This document shows positions 12,401 to 23,568 of a stretch of DNA of 64,000 nt, piece after piece. The notes under the pieces were generated by a model. It was given only the letters and a program-made list of their open reading frames with translations, did not search any database and was not told where the DNA came from. Source of the DNA: Monocercomonoides exilis PA203. Taxonomy: Eukaryota; Protista; Preaxostyla. The stretch covers positions 496,001-560,000 of the forward strand of contig LSRY02000036.1 in NCBI GenBank assembly GCA_001643675.2. The letters run 5' to 3'. The translations under genes were made by a program, and so were the position numbers. Each line of letters opens with the position of its first letter. Position 1 is the stretch's first letter.

Positions 12401-14431
12401 TTTTGGTCGCAGTTGTTCGACGAAATCAGATCCTATTGCATTTCCGCTGTTAAACGAAGCAATGTCAAATGGAACGGTGCTTCCTGAAAGCGAGCCTCCC
12501 AATCCAACAACTCTTCCCAGGTTCTTCTCCTTCAACCGTTTTAAGAATTGAGAGCACGCCGATCCGCAAGTCCCGTCAGTCACAAACAGAACGTCGCTCG
12601 GAGCGAACATCCTCACATTTCTGAATGGCAATGGCACAATCAACATGAGTTGCTGAACAAGCCGATCTGTGTCAGCCACATATTTATAGACCCAGTCCTG
12701 TGAACGTTGCTTTCCATCATTTCCTGTAATGGTAACTGTAGTCTTTGGCATTGCCCACTCATCATCAATTATCTTTTGCGTGATTGGTTCGGTCAAATAT
12801 GCAAAAGGTGGCTGTTCAACCGTTTTTAAGTAAGCTTTTGACAGCTCAGAGGCTACAACAGAGCGGGTCGGATAAATCGGATATTCCTCTGGAAACAACA
12901 AAGCAAAAAGCCAATCAGACAGCAAAATTAGTCCACCAGCATTTGTGCGCAGATCGACAACAAGCTTAAATCCATGTGCTTTTGCGTATGTGATCCCTTC
13001 AACAATGCATGACAGCCATTCTGATGCCTCGGCATTCGTGCTGGGTGAAAACGTTCCAATAAAAAGATAGCCAAGTTTGTACTCTTCGATCGCAGCAGCA
13101 AATACTCTTGTGGCTTTCTTTATAACTTTCAGTTGAGGTTTTTCGTTATTTGAGTAGCGCAAATTTGTAAAAGAATCACCATTTTTCTTCATCTTTCGAA
13201 TTTTTTCTTCAACTTTCTCTTTGAATGTTTGTTTTTGATTGTCATTTTGAGAAATCTCATTTCTCGAGGCAAATTGCTTTGAAATTATTTTATCTACTCG
13301 ATCGAATATTTCTTTCTCGATTGGAAGTCGCAATCTTTCGTTTATGGGAATATTTCCTGAATTTTGACTGAGAGCTTTCTTCAACTCTGGCGATTTCCAT
13401 ATACCTTCATATATTTGTTGAAATAATGGATCATCCTTATGTGCATCCATCACCGACCGGAAGTGTTTCTCATCTTCCTCAAAAAGAGGCGTCTTTGCAC
13501 TTGCTTGTTTAGAAGTGTTGCTTCTTTGCATTTTTTCCTTCAGAGGACAAATCTTTGTTAGCATTTCATCAACATCTGTAACATTTGCCAAAGAATATGC
13601 ATAAAATGGTACGTCAACCTTCTGTTCACCTTCTGCTGTTTTTACAGTCACACCAATGTTTCCATTTGGAATTGGAAATGCAACCAAAGATCTTTGAAAA
13701 AATACTTCTTCTGTAATTGAAAAAGCCAATTTTGCTGCAGAAGTTCTGGAATGTATTGAATATTTATCTGCCCACTTAGCAATTGCCACTTCAGGCTTTT
13801 CGTTTCCGGAACCTTCCAAATCTGGAAGATCCAAACGAACAACTTCCTTATCAATAATATTAACTCCTCCTTCCTTTATGAACTTATTTGTTGCATCTCC
13901 CAAAATTGAACCTGCAACCTTTACTACAATTTCTTTTGGCTTTGAAGGATCAGGAACTTCAAAAACGAATCTGAAAGGGAAAATAAATGTGAATAATGTG
14001 GAGCACGGGAAAACATAATTTGTATGAGCATCTTCGAGTTTATTAAATGCTCTCGAAATAGCAAGATGATACTCCAATCCATTTTTATATTCTGTATTTT
14101 CAATTTTGTCCAACTCTGTAACAATATCAAATCCAGAAAATGGCTCAGGAGGATTTACCATTGTATCACGATAAGCATAGCTGTCAATGTAACTTCTTAC
14201 TGTCTTCATTGTTTCAAGAGTTTCTCCTTCTCCTTTTTTGTACTTAATTGATGAAAAGAAATCGAAATAATTAAAAGTATTATAAAAATACAAGAAAAAA
14301 TTTCTTCAAACTGGCAAATGCTTCAAGCATTGAGCAATGCGATCTTTATCGTATAATCCCCCAAATTTAAATGTGCAATCGTCGTCCGCTACAAAGGCAC
14401 TTATTAAAATTGCTATTCCAACAACAAACAT
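9404..14431 (-). CDS. Signal-peptide, single-pass membrane protein with two tandem peptidase S41 (CPAF/UstP-like) domains, each followed by a Cys-rich EGF-like segment; one intron at 14243..14311
   Basis: Exon 1 MFVVGIAILISAFVADDDC...CLKHLP splices (GTTTGA...TTAAG) to YKKGEGETL..., matching the second repeat CLKQLPYDKTEATKTL. Both halves carry DAHT, D(L/V)RxNxGG and TDGxCGS(A/T)CSQF motifs. A C-terminal TM (GAIAGIVVGSVAVVGVAVAIAVVCIV) is followed by a basic stop-transfer. Confidence 0.85.
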
Positions 14432-15292
14432 TTTTATTTGAGAAATTTTTGATCTTTGCCATAAGCATTTGTTCCCACCCTTAACTTCTTTAATCCAAAT
14501 GATTACAGAAAAGATTTTTTTCATAATGAATTTTTGAAATTCGATGGTTTGAAAAAGTTCATATAATAGCGTGCAAATTTTTCCGTATACAAATAAAAGA
14601 AAAAAATAAATGTGAATAAATTTTTTGATATTTGTTTATTTCGTGATGAAGAAATTGATTCACACAAAAATTAAAAAAGATAGTGTTTTCTCCACAACAG
14701 TTTGATAAATTGTTTAAAACATTTCATGAATGTTTTATCTTCTTGTTTCTGACACGCACAAAACACTTATGTTTTCGTTTGATTGTCAAAGAAAATCTAT
14801 TCTGTGATCATGGTGATTTCGGAGAAATAACGATCTTTATTTCTCCAATTTGACAATGATTATTATCACTTTTTTGATAACAACTCTTCTTATATGGGAA
14901 AAAATATTAATTTTTTACAGTGTTTTCCAGAAAAAAATGAAACATATGGTATATAAAAAAAAATAATATTTTCTTGGTGCTTGAAAACTGTTGAATTCAG
15001 TTTTTTTCTTGAAACTTTCTGTTTTTTTTAAAATTTCTGATTTGTGTGATTATTTTTCTAAAAAGCTGTGACTGTTTAATTATCAGTTGGCACTGAACGT
15101 CAAGCTTTTTTATCAGTTTTCAAAACAAACACTTTCAACTGTTTTGAAGAATAAAAATTAACATGCAATTTCTGTTTTCAAAAATCATCTGTAATTGAGG
15201 GGAATGTTTCAATGTTCATTTCAAAAACAAATCAAAAATTGAGGTATTAACTAAAACCTGAAATTCAATCAGTTGCAAGTTTTCAAAAATTA

Positions 15293-16330
15293 TTGCACGT
15301 TTTTAAATCAACATCATATTCGTTAGTGAAACGAAATCCAGATCTTAAAACGTCCATTACTTATAACGTTGAAATTCAACGTATATCGGTATCAAACAAG
15401 CAGTCTCTTCAAAATTTCTTCTCTCTTCTGCAATCGCTTCATGACACTCACAAGAACTCTTCTTCTCCATCTTCAACACCGATGAACCCTGTTAAGGTTT
15501 TCCGATCCCACAAACCAACAAGCCGTTCATTTTTCAGATGTTCCAGTCGGGTTTTTCAAAAGCTCCAAACAACATGCCAAACTCTATTCTTGTGGTTGCA
15601 GTTGCAGCTGATGGTTATTTTTTGCCAAGCCTTAATCTTTGGCCATCAAAAAAACAACAACAAGAAATGAAGGTCTTACTCAGCCTTCAGCTTCATCCCT
15701 GGGAAGACAATGATGGATGGATGACTGATGCATTGTTTGCTCGCTATGCTCAAGAGATACTACTGCCTGGAATTGTCCAAAGAAGAAAATTGCTGGATAT
15801 GAATGAAGATAGATGCTTGCTTCTTTTGGATTCTCATCCTTCAAGAGCACAGCCAGATCTGTGGCAAAATTTTGCATACAAATCAATTGACGTAGTTTCA
15901 TTTATTCCACACAGCACTCATCTAACACAACCACTTGACCGCGGAGTTTTTGCTGTGTTGAAAAGATATTTCAACTCAAACTGTGTTGTTCCATCTTCTT
16001 CTTCGATCGCACTCAGACGAAAAGCAGTTGCAAATGCCTTGCCACAGGCTTTGCAAACTGCATTGCTACCTTCAACAATTCACTCTGCATTTGAAAAGAG
16101 CGCCGTGTTGTCTGGGCAGTCCAATTCTGTATTGGTGAAGTTACCTGACATTCCTTCAGTTCAGCTGAAAAAAATCCCATCGTTTCAATTTCCATGGAAA
16201 AAATATTTCCGACCAAGCATTCTATGATAAATGGAAAGAATACAAAAAGATGAAAGATGAAAAGAAAATTGATGAATATGCTGAAGAAATTATTGAAAAG
16301 GATTTGTTTTCTGAAGAGAAGCTGAAAAAA
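15293..16330 (+). pseudogene. Degenerate pogo/Tigger/Fot1-type DDE_1 transposase remnant
   Basis: IFNTDE (~15469), GWMTD, LLLLDSHPSR and PHSTHLTQPLDRGVF motifs typical of the DDE_1 family. There is a stop and frameshifts right after DE, and the N-terminal HTH region is missing. No TIRs were found. Confidence 0.85.
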
Positions 16331-16759
16331 AAAAATTAAGCAAATCCAAAGTTTTTAAAGATGGGTGATTATTTTTGGAATTGTATTTATTCTTTAACAA
16401 TTTGCGATCCAAAAATTTCTTTTGAATGAAAAACAATGAATACTGATAAGTGAACAGTCATATGCAAGACTTCTTAATTTTTATTTCATATTATGCATTA
16501 ACTTTTGAAATAGTTGCGATTATTGAAACACTTTAATGATAAATTGCTTCTCAAAGGCAAACAATCTTTGAATAATTAATACCCCGAAAAAAGTTATGAT
16601 TTCAAAAATTATTACCCAGATGATGATTAAGAATATGATAATGAACGAAGAAATCATCAGAAAAATAACTAAAAGAAAATTAATGAAATATTTTTACTAT
16701 TTATTGTAAAATTTTTTGTAAAAAAAAAACAAGTGATTTGTGAAAGAGAAATTCTTTTA

Positions 16760-17136
16760 CAGTTTGTGCAAAAAATACCGGACATCGCAAAAAACACCGG
16801 ACAAGATCGATTTCTCAATAACTGCAACAGGAAAAATTCTGACAACTTTCCTCAAAATACATCACATCAATGCAAACTCAACAGATACACGAGACTTTCA
16901 AAATAGCTTCATTTGTCCTCAGAGAAAATTATTATTGAAATCTCGGAGTAATAAGATAATGAGTTTCTCCGAGATTTCGATATATATTTTTTCTGTATTC
17001 AAGCGAAGCTGTACAGAAAGTCCCGTGTATCAAACGAGTTTGCATTGATGAGATATATAATTAGGAAAATTAACAGAATTTTTCCTCTTACAGTTTTTGA
17101 GAAATCGATCTTGTCCGGTATTTTTTGCAGATACTG
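16760..17136. mobile_element. Foldback MITE (family A), TA|CAGT...ACTG|TA, Tc1/mariner-pogo type
   Basis: The left arm GCAAAAAA(T/C)ACCGGACAAGATCGATTTCTCAA...CATCAATGCAAACTC...GAAATCTCGGAG pairs with the right arm nearly to the centre, leaving a loop of ~18 nt. TA flanks lie at 16758-59 and 17137-38. Confidence 0.85.
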
Positions 17137-17246
17137 TATATATCAGAAGATAAGAAATAACAAAAAATCACACTTATTGGAAAATATTAACATTTTCATG
17201 AAAATGCGAAATAATTGGACAAACATTTCTGTTTGAAATTTGTTCC

Positions 17247-17276
17247 AAAAAAAAAAAGAGAGAGAGAGAGAGAGAC
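17247..17276 (+). repeat. A-run + (AG)n microsatellite
   Basis: Read directly: AAAAAAAAAAAGAGAGAGAGAGAGAGAGAC. Confidence 0.9.
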
Positions 17277-17284
17277 AGAAAATA

Positions 17285-17538
17285 TTGGTTATTCTTTTTG
17301 AAAAGTCGCAAATAATTGATATCTGAGTTAAAGAAAAATGAACACTATTTGATCATTTTTTGCAGTTTATTCATCAAACTTCAATGCAATTGAAACATTT
17401 TCACATCAAGCACCTATGTATATTTTGATTTCAAAGAAATCAAGTTAGATGAAGAAACTGCAAAAAATGATAAAATAAGGAACAGTTTTATGAAATCTCG
17501 ATATAAAGCTATTGTGACTAATCAAAAAGAATGACCCA
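17285..17538. mobile_element. Foldback MITE (family B), copy 1
   Basis: Ends are GGTTATTCTTTTTGAAAAGTCGCAA and TTGTGACTAATCAAAAAGAATGACC. Inner arms are TATTTGATCATTTTTTGCAGTTTATTCATCAAACTT and AAGTTAGATGAAGAAACTGCAAAAAATGATAAAATA. The terminal motif is shared with 52935..53180. Confidence 0.7.
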
Positions 17539-17557
17539 TTTATTTGCAAATAATGAC

Positions 17558-17590
17558 CTCTTTCTCTCTCTCTTTCTCTTTTTCTTTCTT

Positions 17591-17630
<40 letters not shown>

Positions 17631-17641
17631 TTTTTTTTTTT
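17558..17641 (+). repeat. (CT)n/(CTTT)n microsatellite + T-run
   Basis: Read directly from the sequence. Confidence 0.9.
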
Positions 17642-18312
17642 CCTTCAAATATGCATAAAATTCAAAAACGGATAATTCAATTATTATTATTATTTTCAAG
17701 AAAGAAGAAGAAGGAAAAAAAAAAATTAAACAATAACTTTCAATTTACATTATCGAAATAATATTTTTGTAATCGGTTAATTATCCATCTTTAGAAGGAA
17801 TTATAATTTGTTTTTCGATCAATCTTTTCAAGGGTTTATTTCGTTCATCTGTTCTTTATTAAACATGCGTGTAATTATCAACCAGAATTTCAGATATTTG
17901 ATTAACATTAACAAATTTTCAATGTGAAATCTGGTCAAAAACCGTGATTATATTTTCTTTGAAGTTGCTTAGTCAAAATTCAATTCCATTTCTACACCTT
18001 TTTGCAACGATGAAATGAAAAACGATTAATTTAAATCAAATTCTTGAAGATAAATGAAAACAAAATTTTATTTACTCTGGATTAATAATGTCAACGAAAA
18101 TATCCTTAAAAAAATTTAACAATAATAAAACATATTGAACAAACCAAAAAGCAATTTCTAAACAGTAAAAATTAACAAATAGCAAACACAAAAAATACAT
18201 AAAATTTCTGTAAAGGTACATAAATAAATAGAAAATAAAAATGACAAGTTCCTTATTACCATTTTTTCAAATCCAAATATTGAAAAACAGTAAAAAGTAA
18301 TAATTCCTCGAA

Positions 18313-18314
<2 letters not shown>

Positions 18315-18357
<43 letters not shown>
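18315..18357 (+). repeat. Poly(A) run of ~43 nt
   Basis: Uninterrupted A homopolymer. Confidence 0.95.
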
Positions 18358-18361
<4 letters not shown>

Positions 18362-18526
18362 TCAATACATAAATATTTCTATAAAGTTTTTTACTCAATT
18401 TTGTAATACGTTTTCAACCATCTACATTTACATAATTCTCGTAAATTTGCTTGATAACAAATTGTAAAATTATTCTAATAACAGCTTCATTGATTTTTCA
18501 AACAGCATCATTTATTCACAGAACAT

Positions 18527-21500
18527 TTAATCAATTCCAGTTGTTAAATGTTCCTCCATCATTGCCTTTATTTCTTCAATGAATTCCTTATTTGATGCTG
18601 TTTTCTGACTTTTCTTTAATGAGTCGCGGAAAATAGTTGTGAGTTCTTTTTGCACTTTTCGTCTGCATGGGCAATTGATATTCATGAGTGTTTGAAAAAC
18701 AGGAAGTACGTTTCCAAAATATCCCAAATAAACAAATGTTCCACCAAGAAGTGTGAGGAGCATTGCATAGGTAACTTTCATCGTGTGGCGTATAAGAGCA
18801 ACTGTTTTGTCCAGTTTTTGTTGAACTTTTACTCCAACCCCGAAACTTTTGTGCAATTCTTTATTATTTGCATATGAGCCTGCATCAAATGTTATGCGAT
18901 TAACCAAATGGCCCTTTGAAACAGTGGCAACTGTGTTATTTTCATTTCGATAGATTGACTGGATTAATTCTATCGTTGCTATCGTTGGATTCGACCCGCT
19001 CAGAATGAAATATTCATCTCCAACAAAAATCGCTTCGATAGATGAGAATGCTGTATCTGGTCCAAATGTCAGGTTATGCTGCGCTGGTACAGTCGAATCT
19101 GCAGATGCAAACACTTTCACAGCTCTGCACGAAGCATCTTTTTCCCTTGAGTGCATTCCGAAAAACCGTTCCTTAGAATCATCCACGGGTAATTCCACTT
19201 CATTGGCTTCGAGAATGATTTTGCAATTATGTGTAGCAGTAAAATAACGATTGGCAGATAGAAACTGAATGCATGTTGAATTAATTGTGAGTTTTTCTGG
19301 GGGATACTGACCTAAACAATTCAAAGAAATTCAGTAAATGGAAAAGCAAAAATGAATAAAGCAAGAAATTTAATAAAATAAATATTCATATTCACAAAAA
19401 ATATGATAAAACAATATTAACGAAAATATTACTTTAAATGATTTAATTATATTTTTGCAAACCATAATAATCAAAATAATATCTTCCGAATCCCAGCAAA
19501 TCAGAGCACTTTCCTGACAGCTCATACGTGGAATTATCTGGTGGACCAACACATTCACCGCTATAATCCATCAAAGTTATTTCAATCAAAACTTTTCTAT
19601 TTTTATAAGTTTGAATATTCGCCTCCTTCTCCATTGACACATCAACCATTGATTTCGTTTCGTTTGTATTCAAAAATAAAAACGTTAATATCACAAGGAG
19701 AGCTGCGCCACAAACAAAAGAAATTGCCACAATCGAAACAAAACCTCCAAATGTTGTTTTTTTTAATGTACTTGATTGTGGTATGAGTTTCTGGATCAAG
19801 TGCATCAACATATTTATCAGAATAACTGTCAAGCTTGTAAACAAACGATCTTGTTGGTAAAAAGAGAAGCAGCAGAGCCACAACAACACCAATAATAGTA
19901 AAGCCTGCATATGGCCCAACCATAAAAAAGTTTTCTGTTTGAACAGGTGAGCGAAATGGTAAAGGTTGAACAGTCTTCGAAGGATCAGCAGTTGGTTTTG
20001 TGTTGTTAGACGTTGCAGAACCAACTGGGCAATATTGATCTTCCTTTCAAAATATCATATCTGTTACACCTGAAGAGTCTGTGTATCTGCCTTCCATTGA
20101 AACAACACATCCGTAATCTGTCGTTCCAACTCTACTTCCATATGTACAGGGCTGGCAGGTGTGACATTTCTTTTCTCCACATTCGTTTGTGTACGAACCT
20201 ATTGGACAATCGACACATTCTCTGTTTTTAGTTTCGTATGAGCCTGGGGAGCAAGGAATCAAGTCTTCATGGAGATTGATAATTCGAAAGAAATCCACAG
20301 CTGAACACATAACTGTTCTTCCATTGCTTATTTTCCTTCCACCAAAACAAACAACACTTCAATGATAAACAGTGCATCCAGCTTCAACAATATCAAGATG
20401 CATTTCATTTTTTAGTCCTTCACCATTGTCTTCTATGATCGTCGCATTTCCTAATTGGTCAAATTCTATAACCTTAAATGAATCTTGGGCTTTCTCTCTC
20501 TTTCTTCCTCCAAACATCAGCACTTTATTGTCCAACGGTAAAGCAGCGCCATCAAAAATATTATACATTTTGGTTTTGTCGTCATTTGCATAAATACTTG
20601 TATTTGTCTCCAATGCATCAGGTTTTAAGTTATTCTGAATGAAGTCTTCATTTTGGAATTATTATTCTTTCCTGTTTCCTTTAATTTATCATCCCTTCTT
20701 ATATCTTGAATCAATTCATAACCAGTAAGAACTCGAGATCCAACATTTCCACCAACCACTACCAAAGTCGGAAGCAACGTTTTGTTGTCGTTTCTAATTG
20801 AAAGGCTAACGTTTGTTATCTGGCTAACCTCTGGTATTATTGACGCATCATTTGCATTTTTGCTTTCATTCCTCAAAAGAGTGGCTGAAATGTTATCGTT
20901 CTCAAAAATTATATCATTTTTAGAAATAATTCCCATCGAATTGCGATGCTCAATCAAATCTAGGTCTACCATATCCATTGCAAGAGTAGAACTTCTAAAT
21001 GTCCCTGCGCATTCAACATTTTTTATCCAACCATCCATCGCAAAATCAAACACAAAACACGTTTCACTGAAATCTCCACTTTTCATTTCCCCTCCGACTG
21101 TGTATAAATAATTTGTGATCAGAGAAATGGATGCTCCATATACAGGATCAGGTTTCGCCATTGAATCTTTCCCAAGTCGCTTCCACGAAAAGTCGAAAAA
21201 AGAAAATTCCCACAATTCTAATGATGATTCCACTTTTCCTGTTTGAGGATTTAACCCCAAACCACCAAATAATAATAAACGCCCATTATCAATAAAATAC
21301 GAAGCAAGTTCTCTTGCAGGAGGATTCTCTGACCACCACACTGGAGTAACCAGCACCCACATTTTGCTTTCAAGTTCAAAAAAATGCGAATCATCAAAAA
21401 TTTCACCTGAAATTGGATTGCGCTATCCACATACAAAAAAAGCATCGTTGTATGAGCCAACAATTGGATTAACACGAGGTAATGGTGTGAAGTCGTTCAC

Positions 21501-22861
21501 CTTCAACAAAAGCTGAAAAGGAGAATATGCATTTGTTGGCGATGAAATAGGATCAAATAAACGTTTGGAATTTGATTCATTTAATTCAATGCTCATCCAT
21601 GTGTGTGGTTGTGCGGATGAAAATGATGAAGAAACATCAGAATTCACAATTTTAGAAGAAATAAAAAATGTTTCCAAGCCATTATAATTGCAAATATTCC
21701 TTCTGAATTCCCTTCTTCGCTCGTTTGAATCTTGCGAATATGTGTTTGCGCTTGCTTGTTCAAAAGATATATCTTCTTTCATAACGGTAATAAAATCTGA
21801 ATATGCAAAATTGTCCATTCTTCCTCCAAAAACAAAAAGGCTTCCTTCACTATCCGTGACACATCCGCAATTTCCGCGTTGTAACGAATAGCGCTTCTCT
21901 TGTTTGTGAAAAATTCTATTTCTTTGAATATAACCTTCTTTTGATCATCACTATTTCCTTCAGCTTGAGTGAAATCTTGAATAAGCAATGAATTTGATAA
22001 ATCTAATAAGCTGTTAGCTGGTCATCCGCCAAACATTAATGATTGCACTTTGTTTGATCCAATGAATGTGGCGTGCCCAAAATTAGAACGAGAATCTGGC
22101 ATGTAACTTTCGTTTCCATTTACATCTGCTATTTTCATAGCTTCCCAAGACCAAGAAGAAGATGCATCAACCTTCACCCAGAATATTTTGAGTTTTGTAA
22201 CAAATTCTTCACTTGCATCTCCTCCATATACAATGGCATATCCATTTGAAACTAACATGCCAGCACCACCACAAGGTTCAGGACCAACTCCTCCAGTTTC
22301 AATCTCCAATTCTTTCCACTGATTACTTTGGATGTCAAACTCCCAAAGATCATTTCGAAACCCAGATTCACTGATCCCTCCAAAAATATATAGTTTGTCT
22401 CCATCTGATGCGTATGCCATTGAATGTCTTGCTTTTGGAATTGTTTCACCTTCAAAAACTTCCTTCCACTCTTTTGACGTCAAAACAAATGCCCAAAGTG
22501 CATCTGAAAACTCTAAATTCTTCTGCCCACCCAAAATGAAAATTATGTTTCCAACTTTGAATTGTGCAAAAAAATTCACCAATGGCTTTCTGTTCTCCTC
22601 TGGTTGTTGCAAAAGGGTAACGTGAAGAGGATTTATAGTTACAATGAAAGCATCGGAAAGTATCTCATTGTTGATGTTTGTTCCTCCATAAATGAATAAT
22701 GAAGGATTTCCATTTCCAGAAAAAAATTGAACAAGAGGTGAATAACGAAAGTTTATTTGAGATCCTGTTGGTGGAAATGCTGCTACAGATTTTTCGATTT
22801 ATCTTTTTGTTGTGCAATTAAAAATTCTGAAACAAAATAACAGCAAAATAAAACAAAGCAT
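18527..22861 (-). pseudogene. Pseudogene of a secreted-type kelch/beta-propeller protein with Cys-rich (TNFR/ephrin-receptor-like CPxG) repeats and several TM helices; intron at ~19312..19462
   Basis: Signal peptide MLCFILLLFCFRIFNC; kelch GG motifs (LYIFGGI...DLWEFD, LLLFGGL); CSPGSY/CPIGSY/CPVGS repeats; TM segments. It is broken by in-frame stops (TAA ~22800, TGA ~22023, TAG ~21424, TGA ~20360, TGA ~20048) and about three frameshifts. Confidence 0.8.
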
Positions 22862-23155
22862 GAAACGCTTTTCAAATATTTTTTGATTTTCTGATCAAGT
22901 CAAAAAAAAATTAGTTCAAATATATTAAACCAGGAATATGTTGATTCCTAAATTAATGAAAATTGGTGGTCATAAATATGAAAATTACATGTCAACAATA
23001 TATTCATTGTTCGCAATAAAAGTTTTTTTTGTTATCTTCCTTTTTTAATTATTCACAAAAAATAAATAAAATTAAAAAAAATCTCTTTCCATTTATTTCA
23101 TGAGTTTATGCGTGTAACAGTTTGATGTTCTTATAAATGTTCACAATATACATTT

Positions 23156-23533
23156 GAAACTGTTTCATTGCAATTCATCTTGTGAGAATTATCCTTATGT
23201 TGTTATTAACAGAAAAAATGGTGATGCTAAAAGCACCATAAAATACACGCAACTTCCACAAAAAATTGAAAACAAAAGTCAAAATGAGAAAAATAAAAAA
23301 TTGTTTTTGAAACATTTTGATTCTGATTCGAAGAAAGTCGAAAAATGGAAAGCAGACTGAACTCACTGGGATAATTCACATCCTGCTCTCCACTTCCCAT
23401 TCAACGAATAATACTCAAAGAAGAAAGCAAAGAAAGCCCTTCTCAAAAGAATGCCAACCAATACGACCATCATCACAAGTATTTTCGGCTTTTCCTCCCT
23501 TCTTCTTTGCTTATCGATTCGCTCATCCCATCT

Positions 23534-23568
<35 letters not shown>

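Noticed and set aside
18315-18357. Poly(A) tail of a retrocopy of the kelch gene
   Set aside because: Wrong strand for that minus-strand gene, the gene keeps an intron, and no TSD was found
18527-22861. Stop-codon reassignment (TAA/TAG=Gln as in some metamonads) to explain in-frame stops here and in the mariner
   Set aside because: All three stop types plus frameshifts occur in this gene, conserved genes have no internal stops, and they end in TAA, TAG or TGA. Pseudogenisation explains it better.
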